Source: an uncultured Alcaligenaceae bacterium (GTDB taxonomy: Bacteria > Pseudomonadota > Gammaproteobacteria > Burkholderiales > Casimicrobiaceae). From it: a stretch of 64,000 nt of DNA. The notes beneath the pieces are model-generated. The model saw nothing but the letters and a program-made list of their open reading frames with translations. It did not search any database and was not told the origin of the DNA. A program made the translations under genes and the position numbers. The stretch covers positions 18,104 through 82,103 of the forward strand of contig CAYTOT010000006.1 of assembly GCA_964439475.1 (NCBI GenBank). The letters run 5' to 3'. Positions 39,467 to 49,316 of this stretch are shown here, one piece after another (the stretch's first letter is position 1; the number at the start of each line of letters is the position of its first letter).

Positions 39467-40351
39467 ATGTCATCGATCCGCAGCCTGCGCCTCTTCGTTG
39501 CCGCCGCTCGCGGCGGGAGCTTTGCTGCTGCCGGCAAGGCGATGGGCCTCACCGCCGCCGCGGTCGGCCTGCAGATGAAGGCGCTCGAGACCGACCTCGG
39601 TGTCACGTTGTTCGATCGCGGTCCGCGCAGCGTCGTGCTGAACAGCGCCGGCCGCAGGGCGCTTGCCGGCGTCGAGGACCTGATCGCGCGCTACGAAGCT
39701 CTGGCGGCGGGCGCCGATGGCGCACTGTCCGGTACGCTGGTGATGGGCGCGCTCGTCTCGGCGCTGATGGGCGCGTTCGCCGACGCGCTGTGGACGGTGC
39801 GCCACGCGCATCCGCGCCTCGACGTGCGCCTCTTCGCCGGCAAGTCGCGCGATTTCGCCGCGCGGGTGGCCGACGGCGAGCTCGACGCCGCGATCGTCGT
39901 GCGCGCCCCCTACCGGCTCCCCGCGAGTCTCGCGTGGACACCGTTGTACGCGGAGCCGATGGTGCTCATCGTGCCGCGCCGGCCACACTTCGTCCTGCCT
40001 CGCGGCGCGACGCGCATCCTCGCCGAGGCGCCGTTCATCCGCTTCGACCGCAACGCGTGGACCGGGTACCTCGTGCGTCGGGTGCTGCGCCAGGCGGGCG
40101 CCCGCGTCCGCGACGACATGGAACTCGACTCGGTCGAGGCGATCGTCGAGCTGGTGCGCGGCGGCTTCGGGGTGTCGATCGTGCCGCAGCTCGCCAACGT
40201 CGACTGGAGCGCCGATCGCGCGCTGCGCATCGTGCCGGTGCCCGGCGTCGATGTCGCCCGCGAGGTGGGCCTGCTCGAACGCACGCGCCACCCCCGCATG
40301 CAGGCGACCGCTGCGATCAAGGATTGCTTCGTGACGCGGGCAATCGGCTAA
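39467..40351 (+). CDS. LysR-family regulator, divergent from the sdh/fum-like operon
   Basis: LRLFVAAARGGSFAAAG...AVGLQMKALETDLGVTLFDR. AT-rich AAAG-N5-CTTT type repeats upstream. Confidence 0.93.
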   Translation: MSSIRSLRLFVAAARGGSFAAAGKAMGLTAAAVGLQMKALETDLGVTLFDRGPRSVVLNSAGRRALAGVEDLIARYEALAAGADGALSGTLVMGALVSALMGAFADALWTVRHAHPRLDVRLFAGKSRDFAARVADGELDAAIVVRAPYRLPASLAWTPLYAEPMVLIVPRRPHFVLPRGATRILAEAPFIRFDRNAWTGYLVRRVLRQAGARVRDDMELDSVEAIVELVRGGFGVSIVPQLANVDWSADRALRIVPVPGVDVAREVGLLERTRHPRMQATAAIKDCFVTRAIG

Positions 40352-40477
40352 CGGGGGCCGCCGGCGCACGACGCATCGTGGTGGGTCGCGGACCGAGGCG
40401 CACTCCGTGCGTATCGTCGCCGCAGGTGACGGACCCGTCCGGCAACCGGCTGCGGCAGCGCCACGACCCGCGAGCAG

Positions 40478-40714
40478 CTAGGCGGGAACGTCGGGATCGA
40501 GTTCGCGAACCAGACGTGCGATCTGGTCCTTGAGCAGCAGCTTGCGGCGCTTCATGCGACGCACGGCAAGCTCGTCGGAGTCGGGCGAGTGCTGGATCTG
40601 CTCGATGGCGCTATCGAGATCCCGATGCTCGAGCTGCAGGACCGCCAGGCGTTCCTGGAGCGCCACGCGGGCCGGGTCACCGATGCTCATGCCTGCGAAC
40701 TCGTCGTCGTTCAC
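40478..40714 (-). CDS. DUF465/YdcH-family small coiled-coil protein; start uncertain
   Basis: LQLEHRDLDSAI...RRMKRRKLLLKDQIARL. Confidence 0.82.
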   Translation of the reverse strand: MNDDEFAGMSIGDPARVALQERLAVLQLEHRDLDSAIEQIQHSPDSDELAVRRMKRRKLLLKDQIARLVRELDPDVPA

Positions 40715-40838
40715 TCGATCCTCGCGATCCGCATCCCGTCTCGCCTCTCCTGCTGTCGGAGTTCCGGCAGCAACGTGAGCCCGGTATGCACGAGTATATG
40801 CCGCCGGCCCAGGTTCGGGACGCCGGTATAATTGCGGC

Positions 40839-43800
40839 TTGAACACCGTTTCGTCGCCGTCCTTCGGCGCGGCTGCCGTGGCGGACACGGCTGCTTCTGA
40901 CGCCGCCGTCCACGCGCATCCTGCGGTCGCGCTCCCCGACCTCGTCCACGAGTTGCCCGATCCGGGCCGGCGCAGCAGCGCAGGCCCGTTCGCCGGCTCG
41001 GCCGACGCGCTGGCGCTCGCCCTCCTCGCCCGCCGCGCCGGGAACGAGAAGCGGATGCTCGCGATCGTGAGCGCGGAGCCGCGATCGGCCCAGCGCCTCG
41101 CCGAAGAGCTGCCGTGGTTCGCGCCGGAGCTCCGCGTGGCGATGCTCCCCGATTGGGAGACGCTGCCCTACGACCACTTCTCGCCGCACCAGGACCTCGT
41201 GTCCGAGCGGTTGGCGACGCTGTGGCGCATTGCGCGCGGCGAGTGCGACGTCGTGGTCGTGGCCGCCACCACGGCGCTCTATCGTCTCGCCCCGCCGTCG
41301 TACCTCGCGGCGTTCACGTTCTTCCTGCGCCAGGGCACCACGCTCGACGTCGAGGCGCTGCGCTCGCAACTGGCGCTGGCGGGCTACTCCCACGTGACGC
41401 AGGTGGTGTCGCCGGGTGAGTTCAGCGTCCGTGGCGGACTCATCGATCTCTTTCCGATGGGGTCGCCGCTGCCGTATCGCATCGATCTCTTCGGCAACGA
41501 TGTCGAATCGATCAAGACCTTCGACGTCGACACGCAGCGCACGATCTATCCCGTTTCCGAGATTCGCCTCCTGCCGGCGCGCGAGTTTCCGCTCGACGAC
41601 GCGGGCCGCACCCGTTTCCGCAGCCGGTATCGCGAGACGTTCGAGGGCGATCCTTCGAAGTCGGCCCTGTACAAGGACGTGAGCAACGGCGTCGTCCCCG
41701 GCGGCGTCGAGTACTACCTGCCGCTGTTCTTCGAGCGCACCGCGACCGTCGCCGACTACCTGCCGCCGGGCGCGGTGGTCACGCTGCACGGCGACGTGCA
41801 CGCCGCCATCGATCGGTTCTGGCAGGACACCGAGTCGCGCTACCGGCTGCTGCGCGGCGACAAGGGGCGGCCGCTGCTTTCGCCGGCCGAGCTCTTCCTC
41901 CCGCTCGATGCCTTCAACGGCATGGTCAAGGCGTTCGGACGCATCGAGATCGCGGCCGGCAGCGGCGGGCCGACCGTGCCCCTGCCGCCGGTCAGCGTGG
42001 ACCGCCGCGCCGACGACCCGCTCGCGGCCCTCAAGCGCTACCTCGAGGCCACGCCGCACAAGGTGGCGGTGGTGGCCGAGAGCGCAGGCCGCCGCGAGAC
42101 GATGCAGCAGTACTTCGCCGAGTACGGGCTCACGCCGCCGATCGCCGACGGTTTCGCTGCGCTCCTCGCCGCCGATGACCGGGTGGTGCTGCTCGCAGCC
42201 CCGATCGCCGCCGGCTTCGAGTGGCCCGAGGGCGACATCGCATTCGTCACCGAGACGGAGCTGTACGCCGGCGCCGTCCGCCGCACGGCACGCGAAGCGC
42301 GCAAGCGCAGCAATGTCGATGCGATGGTGCGCGACCTGTCGGAGGTGCGCATCGGCGATCCCGTGGTGCACGAGGAGCACGGCATCGGCCGCTACCTGGG
42401 GCTGCTCACGCTCGACCTCGGCGACGGCCCCAACGAGTTCCTGCAACTCGTGTACGCCAACGACGCCAAGCTCTACGTGCCGGTGTCGAACCTGCACCTC
42501 ATCAGCCGCTACAGCGGGGCGTCGCCGGACAGCGCTCCGCTGCATGAGTTGGGCAGCGGCCAGTGGGAAAAGGCGAAGAAGCGGGCGGCCGAGCAGGCCC
42601 ACGACACCGCTGCCGAGCTCCTCAATCTCTACGCGCAGCGCGCCGCGCGCAAGGGCCATGCGTTCGGCCTGAAGCCTCACGACTACGAGGCCTTCGCCGA
42701 AGGCTTCGGATTCGAGGAAACCCCCGACCAGACCGCGGCGATCGAGGCCGTGGTCAAGGACATGACCTCCGGCAAGGCGATGGATCGCCTGGTGTGCGGC
42801 GACGTCGGCTTCGGCAAGACCGAGGTCGCGCTGCGCGCCGCGTTCGTGGCGCTCGCCGACGGCAAGCAGGTGGCGCTGCTGGTGCCCACCACGCTGCTTG
42901 CCGAGCAGCACTTCCAGACCTTCTCCGACCGCTTCGCCGACTTCCCCGTGCGCCTCGCGGAGCTGTCGCGCTTTCGCACCGGCAAGGAGACGAAGGCCGC
43001 GATCGAGGGGCTGGCCGCCGGCAAGATCGATCTCGTGATCGGCACCCACAAGCTCATCCAGGGCGACGTGAAGTTCAAGGACCTGGGGCTCGTGATCATC
43101 GACGAGGAGCATCGCTTCGGCGTGCGGCAGAAGGAGCTCCTGAAGCGGCTGCGCGCCGAAGTCGACGTGCTCACGCTCACCGCGACACCGATCCCGCGCA
43201 CGCTCGCGATGTCGCTCGAAGGCATCCGCGACTTCTCGGTCATCGCGACCGCGCCCGAGCGCCGGCTCGCGATCAAGACGTTCGTGTCGTCGTACTCGCC
43301 CGGCATCGTGCGCGAAGCCGCGCTGCGCGAGCTGAAGCGCGGCGGCCAGATCTACTTCCTGCACAACGAGGTGGACACCATCGCCACCCGCGCCGACGCG
43401 CTCGCGAAGCTCCTGCCGGAGGCGCGCATCGCGGTCGCGCACGGGCAGATGGCGGAGCGCGAGCTCGAGCACGTGATGCGGGACTTCTATCAGCAGCGCG
43501 TCAACCTGCTCCTTTGCTCGACCATCATCGAGACCGGCATCGACGTGCCCACCGCGAATACGATCGTCATCGACCGTGCCGATCGCTTCGGCCTCGCCCA
43601 GTTGCATCAGCTCCGCGGTCGCGTGGGACGCTCTCATCACCAGGCCTACGCGTACCTGCTCACACCACCCGCCGACGCCCTGTCCGCGCAGGCCAGGAAG
43701 CGCCTCGAAGCCATCCAGATGATGGAGGACCTGGGCTCCGGCTTCTACCTCGCGATGCACGACCTCGAGATCCGCGGCGCCGGCGAGGTGCTCGGCGACG

Positions 43801-44345
43801 AGCAGTCGGGGGAGATGCAGGAAGTGGGCTTCCAGCTCTACAACGACATGCTGCGCGCCTCGGTGTCGGCATTGAAGGCGGGCCGCGAGCCCGACTTGAC
43901 CGAGCCGCTCGGCGTGACCACCGAGATCAACCTGCACACGCCGGCGCTCTTGCCCGAGCGCTACTGCGCCGACGTGCACGAGCGGCTCGTCCTCTACAAG
44001 CGGCTCGCGAGTGCGGAGGACGTGGGCGAGGTGACCACGATCCAGGAGGAGCTCGTCGACCGCTTCGGACCCACGCCCGACCAGGCGCAGGCGCTGCTGG
44101 CAAGCCATCGGCTGCGCCTCCTCGCCAGGCCGCTCGGCGTGCGCAAGGTCGACGCCGGGCCCGAGCGCACCACGATCCAGTTCGTGAAGCATCCGCCGTT
44201 CGATCCCGGCAAGCTCATTCTTCTCGTACAGAAGGACGGCCGCATCCGTTTCGCCGGGCCGGATCGCATCCGCATCGAGCACGCGGCACCGGGGCTCGTG
44301 GAGCGGATCGCTCTCGTGCGCGAGTTCCTCGCGAAGCTCGGCTGA
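40839..44345 (+). CDS. mfd: Transcription-repair coupling factor
   Basis: DWETLPYD, RGGLIDLFP, CarD/RID domain, GDVGFGKTEVA, DEEHRFGV, QLRGRVGR and TRCF C-terminus. Confidence 0.98.
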   Translation: MNTVSSPSFGAAAVADTAASDAAVHAHPAVALPDLVHELPDPGRRSSAGPFAGSADALALALLARRAGNEKRMLAIVSAEPRSAQRLAEELPWFAPELRVAMLPDWETLPYDHFSPHQDLVSERLATLWRIARGECDVVVVAATTALYRLAPPSYLAAFTFFLRQGTTLDVEALRSQLALAGYSHVTQVVSPGEFSVRGGLIDLFPMGSPLPYRIDLFGNDVESIKTFDVDTQRTIYPVSEIRLLPAREFPLDDAGRTRFRSRYRETFEGDPSKSALYKDVSNGVVPGGVEYYLPLFFERTATVADYLPPGAVVTLHGDVHAAIDRFWQDTESRYRLLRGDKGRPLLSPAELFLPLDAFNGMVKAFGRIEIAAGSGGPTVPLPPVSVDRRADDPLAALKRYLEATPHKVAVVAESAGRRETMQQYFAEYGLTPPIADGFAALLAADDRVVLLAAPIAAGFEWPEGDIAFVTETELYAGAVRRTAREARKRSNVDAMVRDLSEVRIGDPVVHEEHGIGRYLGLLTLDLGDGPNEFLQLVYANDAKLYVPVSNLHLISRYSGASPDSAPLHELGSGQWEKAKKRAAEQAHDTAAELLNLYAQRAARKGHAFGLKPHDYEAFAEGFGFEETPDQTAAIEAVVKDMTSGKAMDRLVCGDVGFGKTEVALRAAFVALADGKQVALLVPTTLLAEQHFQTFSDRFADFPVRLAELSRFRTGKETKAAIEGLAAGKIDLVIGTHKLIQGDVKFKDLGLVIIDEEHRFGVRQKELLKRLRAEVDVLTLTATPIPRTLAMSLEGIRDFSVIATAPERRLAIKTFVSSYSPGIVREAALRELKRGGQIYFLHNEVDTIATRADALAKLLPEARIAVAHGQMAERELEHVMRDFYQQRVNLLLCSTIIETGIDVPTANTIVIDRADRFGLAQLHQLRGRVGRSHHQAYAYLLTPPADALSAQARKRLEAIQMMEDLGSGFYLAMHDLEIRGAGEVLGDEQSGEMQEVGFQLYNDMLRASVSALKAGREPDLTEPLGVTTEINLHTPALLPERYCADVHERLVLYKRLASAEDVGEVTTIQEELVDRFGPTPDQAQALLASHRLRLLARPLGVRKVDAGPERTTIQFVKHPPFDPGKLILLVQKDGRIRFAGPDRIRIEHAAPGLVERIALVREFLAKLG

Positions 44346-44464
44346 GCCCCTGCCACGCGTGACATGCAGCACGCATCGCGTCCCACGACACGCCACGTCG
44401 CAGCACGGCACGACGCGCGGGGCAGCCTGACACGCTGCCGCGCACCGATGCACCGCCCGCCACG

Positions 44465-45406
44465 ATGAACGCGCGCGATCGCCTGCCGCCGCCGGTGCGC
44501 TTCATCCTGCGCGACTGGCTGTCCGCCAATCACGTGCTCCTGTCCGGCCCCGACGGCAACGTGCTCGTCGATTCGGGCTACGTCACGCACGCGCCCCGCA
44601 CGCTGTCGCTGCTGCGCTCACCGCAGGGCATCGGCGAGGCGCCGCTGACGCTCCTCGTCAACACGCACGGACACTCCGATCACGTCGGCGGCAACGCCGC
44701 GATCAGGCAGGCCTATGGATGCCCGATCGCCTTTCCCGCCGCGGAAGCGCCGCTGGTCGACGCGTGGGACACGCAGGCGCTGCTCTACGACTACGCGGAC
44801 CAGGACATCGCCCGCTTTGCCGTGGACCAGCGCATCGAAGCCGGCAGCGTGCACGGCTGGGGGGGCCTCGAATGGCGGGCGCTGGCCGCACCCGGCCACG
44901 ACATGGGCGCGCTGGTGTTCTTCAATCCGGAGCACCGGATCCTGATCTCGGGTGACGCGTTGTGGGAAAACGGCTACGGCTTCGTGATGCCGCAGGTCGT
45001 GGAGCCGCCTGCGCTCGACGCGCAGCGCGCCACCCTCGACATGATCGCAGCCCTCGACGCGAGGCTCGTGATCCCCGGACACGGCGACGTCTTCTCCGAG
45101 GTGAACGCGGCGCTCGATCGCGCGTATCGCCGCACCGATGCGTTCGCCGTCGACGACGCGCGCATGGCGCGCTACGCGCTCAAGGTCAACCTCATGTTCC
45201 ACCTTCTGGGCGGACGGGCGCTGGCGCTCGCCGATCTGCCGGACTACGTCACCCGCGTGGGCATCTACCGGGACCTCAACGCCGCCGTGCTGCGCCTCGA
45301 GCCCGCGGCGCTCGCGGAGCTGCTGGTGACCGAGTTGACGCGCAGCGGCGCCGTGCGCGTCGAGGCCGGGTACCTGATGCAGGCCGATGCACCGGGAACC
45401 AAATGA
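44465..45406 (+). CDS. MBL-fold metallo-hydrolase
   Basis: THGHSDHVGG, APGHD, ISGDAL and IPGHG. Confidence 0.9.
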   Translation: MNARDRLPPPVRFILRDWLSANHVLLSGPDGNVLVDSGYVTHAPRTLSLLRSPQGIGEAPLTLLVNTHGHSDHVGGNAAIRQAYGCPIAFPAAEAPLVDAWDTQALLYDYADQDIARFAVDQRIEAGSVHGWGGLEWRALAAPGHDMGALVFFNPEHRILISGDALWENGYGFVMPQVVEPPALDAQRATLDMIAALDARLVIPGHGDVFSEVNAALDRAYRRTDAFAVDDARMARYALKVNLMFHLLGGRALALADLPDYVTRVGIYRDLNAAVLRLEPAALAELLVTELTRSGAVRVEAGYLMQADAPGTK

Positions 45407-45519
45407 TCCGCGCCGGCCTCTGTTGTCGTGGCTGCGCCGTATTGCCCACCTTTGCGGACCGGGTTCGGCCCCACCCCACCCGCGAGCCGCCCCTTCCACG
45501 TATCTCTCTGGAGCACTCG

Positions 45520-45984
45520 ATGAAGAAGAATGTCGTCCCGATCGCCTGCGCATTGGCCGTGTTGTCCGCCTTCCCCATGCTGGCGGGCGCACAGGACGTG
45601 AAGCCAGACCGCGCGATCGAGTACCGGCAGGGGGTCTTTCAGGCCATGGGCTGGAATCTCTTCGGCATCCTGGGCCCGATGGCGAAGGGCGAGATCCCGT
45701 ACAACAAGGACAAGGCCGTCAAGGCGGCCACCTGGCTCCACGAACTCGCCATGATGCCGTACGACGGCTTCATCCCCGGCTCCGATACGGGGGCGCCCAC
45801 CAAGGCGAAGCCGGAGATCTGGAAGGATCGCGCCAAGTTCGACAAGCTCGCGCACGACATGCAGGCAGAGACGCTCAAGCTGGTGAGTGCGGCGCAGACC
45901 GGCGATGCCGGGGCGCTGCGCACCGCCGTCGCCGCGACGGGGCGCGCTTGCTCGAACTGCCACGACGATTTCCGCAGCAAGTAG
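45520..45984 (+). CDS. Cytochrome c' (class II cytochrome c)
   Basis: Signal peptide, IEYRQG, KAKPEIW and C-terminal CSNCHDDFR. Confidence 0.92.
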   Translation: MKKNVVPIACALAVLSAFPMLAGAQDVKPDRAIEYRQGVFQAMGWNLFGILGPMAKGEIPYNKDKAVKAATWLHELAMMPYDGFIPGSDTGAPTKAKPEIWKDRAKFDKLAHDMQAETLKLVSAAQTGDAGALRTAVAATGRACSNCHDDFRSK

Positions 45985-46011
45985 GCGGCCGCGCCGCCGC
46001 GGCCCCCAAAC

Positions 46012-46686
46012 CTAGAAGCGCTTCACGAGCCACCAGATCGCCGCCGCGCACGCGGCGAGCAGGATGATCGCGAGCACGTTCGACGCCAGTGCCGCCTCGG
46101 GATCGGCGGCGTGCTGCGGCAGGCGCTTGCGGCCATGCACCATCGGCGCGACGAGGTTGTCGCGCAGGAAGGCGAGATAGACGAGCACCGCCGTGATGTG
46201 GGCGCCCGCGAGAGCGAGCACGACCCACCACCCGCGGCGGTGCAGCGAACTGATCGCATCCGACAGGTCCTTGGTGATTTTCTTCGCCAGGGGGCCCTCG
46301 GCGAGGATGTCGTCGTTGGTGAAGAGCCCGGTCCCTGCCTGGAAGAGCAGCGCGAGAAGCAGGGCGATCACCATCCATCCACCGATGGGGTTGTGGGTGG
46401 CGTGGGTCGCGCGCGGCGGCCGCACGAAGGACCGCAGGTAGGCGCGCACGGCCCGGGGGCCGCGCACGAACGACGAGAAACGCGCGTTCCGACTGCCGAC
46501 GAATCCCCACAGGATGCGGAAGACCACGAGCGCGAGCAGCGTCTCACCGAAGCGCATGTGCCAGTCCAGCCACTCGTTGCCGACGAGACCGGTGCTGACC
46601 AGCAGGATCAGCAGCAAGACGATAGCCCAGTGCACCACGCGCACGGGCCAGTCCCAGACGGGTACTGCGATGCGGTCTTCGCTCAT
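46012..46686 (-). CDS. Cytochrome b (HupC/CybB-like di-heme membrane protein)
   Basis: VWDWPVRVVHW, WHMRFG, RILWGFVG, HNPIGGW, LH and HITAV. Confidence 0.88.
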   Translation of the reverse strand: MSEDRIAVPVWDWPVRVVHWAIVLLLILLVSTGLVGNEWLDWHMRFGETLLALVVFRILWGFVGSRNARFSSFVRGPRAVRAYLRSFVRPPRATHATHNPIGGWMVIALLLALLFQAGTGLFTNDDILAEGPLAKKITKDLSDAISSLHRRGWWVVLALAGAHITAVLVYLAFLRDNLVAPMVHGRKRLPQHAADPEAALASNVLAIILLAACAAAIWWLVKRF

Positions 46687-46708
46687 GGCGCCAGTGTACG
46701 CAAGCGCG

Positions 46709-47311
46709 TCAGCGGGGTAGCGACGAGACGAAGGTGTTGATCCCGTTGAGCAGCATCTGCACCGCCACGGCCGTAAGCACCAGTCCCATCAGACGCTCGA
46801 GCGCACCGATCGCGCGGTCGCCCAACACGGCCTGCAACCGGGAGGCCCCGAGCAGCACGACGGTGGTGAGCGCCATGGCGATGGTCACCGCCAGCACCCA
46901 GGTGGGCAGGTGCGCGGGATCGCGCGAGGCCATGAGCATCACCGTCGCGAGCGCCGACGGGCCGGCGATCGACGGTATCGCGAGCGGCACCAGGAACGGT
47001 TCGCCGTCGCGCATCTCGCCGAAGACGCCGTCCGGATGCGGGAACACCATGCGCAGCGCGATGAGGAACAGGATGATGCCGCCCGCGATCGACAGCGACA
47101 CGTCGGTGAGCTGCAGCCACTGCATGAACGTGCGCCCGCCCGCCATGAACGCGAGCAGGATCACGTAGGCGAACACGCATTCGCGGAGCACGACGACGGC
47201 ATGGCGCTGGTGCGGCACCCGCGCGAGCGCCGAGATCACCAGCGGTATGTTGCCGAAGGGATCGAGCACCAGCACGAGCAGGATCGTGGCGGAGAAGAGG
47301 TCCATGTTCAT
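46709..47311 (-). CDS. MarC-family membrane protein
   Basis: LDPFGNIP, AGGIILFLIAL, VPLAIPSIAGP and ERLMGLVL. Confidence 0.92.
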   Translation of the reverse strand: MNMDLFSATILLVLVLDPFGNIPLVISALARVPHQRHAVVVLRECVFAYVILLAFMAGGRTFMQWLQLTDVSLSIAGGIILFLIALRMVFPHPDGVFGEMRDGEPFLVPLAIPSIAGPSALATVMLMASRDPAHLPTWVLAVTIAMALTTVVLLGASRLQAVLGDRAIGALERLMGLVLTAVAVQMLLNGINTFVSSLPR

Positions 47312-47319
47312 GATCGTGG

Positions 47320-48645
47320 TCAGTGCAGCTTGATGCGCGGCTCGAGGCGCTCGCGCAGGAAGCGTCCGATGGTATCGAAGATCACGCGGACCCACCCGTG
47401 GATCGCGACCTGGTGCAGCTTGTACAGCGAGTTGTACATGAGGCGCGCGACGAGACCCTGGATCAGCAGGTTGCCGCCGATGAGCCGGCCCATGAGGCTG
47501 CCGACCGCCGAGAGCTCGCCGAGCGACACCAGCGAGCCGAAGTCGTGGAAGCGGAACTCGGGCAGCGGCTGGCCGGCAAGGCGGGCGCGCAGCGACTTCG
47601 CGAGCAGCGTCGCCTGCTGGTGGGCCACCTGGGCACGTGGCGGCAGCAGCGCGCCCTCTTGATGGCCGAGCCATGGCGCGGCCGCGCCGTCGCCGAAGGC
47701 GAAGATGTCCGGATCGCGAGTCGTCTGCAGGGTCGGACCGACCACGAGCTGATTCGCACGATTGACCTCGAGACCGTCGAGGTCGCGCTGCAAGGGCGGC
47801 GCCATGATGCCTGCCGCCCACACGATGAGGTCTGCGGGGAAGTGCTCGCCAGTGGCCGTGTGCACGCCATCCGCGTCGATCCGCGTCACGCGGGCGCCGA
47901 CATGCACACCGATGTCGAGGCGGTGCAGGAGCTCGCCCGCGGCGGCGGCGACGTCCTCCGACAGCGGCGGCAGGATGCGCGAGTACGCCTCGAGGATGGT
48001 GATGCGCACGTCGCGCGAGGGGTCGAGGTGATCGAGGCCGTAGGCTGCGAGAACCCGCGTGGTCTGCCGGATCTCGGCAGCGAGCTCCACGCCCGTCGCA
48101 CCCGCCCCGATGATGACGATGCGCACCTTCTGCGCTTCGCCGGTCGCCGCGCGGACGTCGGCGCGCGCGCATGCGGCGAGCAACTGGAGGTGGAAGCGCT
48201 TGGCATCGGCGAGCGTGTCGAGCGAGACGGGGTGCTCGCTCGCCCCCGGCACGCCGAAATCGTTGCCGACACTGCCGAGGCACAGGACCAGCGTGTCGTA
48301 AGGCAGCGTGCGCGGCGGCAGGACCTCCTTCCCGTCGAGCCCGGTCACCGCATCGATGCCGATCTCCTTGCGCGTGCGATCGAGCCGGCACAGCGCACCC
48401 TGGCGGAACCGGAAGCGGTGCCAGTAGGCGATCGCCAGATAGTCGAGCGCGTGCGCGTCGGGGTCCATGCGGCCCGCGGCCACCTCGTGCAGGAGCGGCT
48501 TCCACACGTGCGTGGCGTTGCGATCGACGAGCGTCACCTGCACGTCGCCGCTGCGCCGGTAGCGATTGCCGAGCGCCGTGGCGAGCGGCAGGCCGCCGGC
48601 GCCCCCGCCGACGATGACGATGCGATGCGGCGCCTTCGAGGCCAT
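47320..48645 (-). CDS. ndh: Type II NADH:quinone oxidoreductase-like FAD/NAD oxidoreductase
   Basis: IVIVGGGAGG, HVWKPLLHEVAAG, IIGAGATGVELAAE, WAAG, FAFGD and PPRAQVAHQQ. Confidence 0.88.
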   Translation of the reverse strand: MASKAPHRIVIVGGGAGGLPLATALGNRYRRSGDVQVTLVDRNATHVWKPLLHEVAAGRMDPDAHALDYLAIAYWHRFRFRQGALCRLDRTRKEIGIDAVTGLDGKEVLPPRTLPYDTLVLCLGSVGNDFGVPGASEHPVSLDTLADAKRFHLQLLAACARADVRAATGEAQKVRIVIIGAGATGVELAAEIRQTTRVLAAYGLDHLDPSRDVRITILEAYSRILPPLSEDVAAAAGELLHRLDIGVHVGARVTRIDADGVHTATGEHFPADLIVWAAGIMAPPLQRDLDGLEVNRANQLVVGPTLQTTRDPDIFAFGDGAAAPWLGHQEGALLPPRAQVAHQQATLLAKSLRARLAGQPLPEFRFHDFGSLVSLGELSAVGSLMGRLIGGNLLIQGLVARLMYNSLYKLHQVAIHGWVRVIFDTIGRFLRERLEPRIKLH

Positions 48646-48712
48646 GTCGGACACGGCTAGCGCCGGCATCCAGGTGACAGCAGGCGCGGGCGGCCGATGT
48701 CGCACGTCGATG

Positions 48713-49288
48713 TCATGTGCCTCCCGTCCACGCCACACCCGCGCGGCGCCACGCCTCCACGTTGCTCTTCAGCGCATAGTCGTAGAGGGCCACGCGGTCG
48801 GCGAGCATCTCGCTCGTCACCGACAGCGGCGTGGCGGGCTCGAGCGTCACGTGCGCGTCGGCATCGCCAGCGGCAACGACCACGTCCATTCCCGCGCGAC
48901 GCGCGATGCGGATCATCGCAGCGTTCTCGGCGAGGCAGTGCATGTACAGGCGCGGCACCCGGCGATTGCGGACATGCTCGGCGGCGCGTGTCACGAGCGC
49001 CTCGCCGATGCCGCGGCGGCGGGCCTGCGACGCGACCGACACCCCGAGCTCCGCGAGATCGTCAGCGAAGGCGACATGCGCGGCGCCCACGAGGGAGAGC
49101 GCCTCGCCGTACACGCCGAAGATCGTGTCCACCTCGAAGTCGATGCGTGCGACGTAGGCTTCGATCGCGACGCTGGACAGCGACGACCCGAAGCGCAGCC
49201 GCACGTCGTCTCCTTCCAGTGCAAGCAGGTGTGCAAGGTAGGTTTCGCGCGCGTTGCCGCGCAGGTGCTGGACGGGCAGCGCGGTCAT
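48713..49288 (-). CDS. GNAT-family acetyltransferase
   Basis: RLRFG, AELGVSV, RRRGIGEAL and ENAAMIRIARRAG. Confidence 0.85.
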   Translation of the reverse strand: MTALPVQHLRGNARETYLAHLLALEGDDVRLRFGSSLSSVAIEAYVARIDFEVDTIFGVYGEALSLVGAAHVAFADDLAELGVSVASQARRRGIGEALVTRAAEHVRNRRVPRLYMHCLAENAAMIRIARRAGMDVVVAAGDADAHVTLEPATPLSVTSEMLADRVALYDYALKSNVEAWRRAGVAWTGGT

Positions 49289-49316
49289 GATCGTGATCGG
49301 CGGCACATGGGTGCCT

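Noticed and set aside
44350-44460. Short degenerate GCACG/CACG repeats after mfd
   Set aside because: No stable unit or spacing; probably low-complexity GC-rich intergenic sequence.
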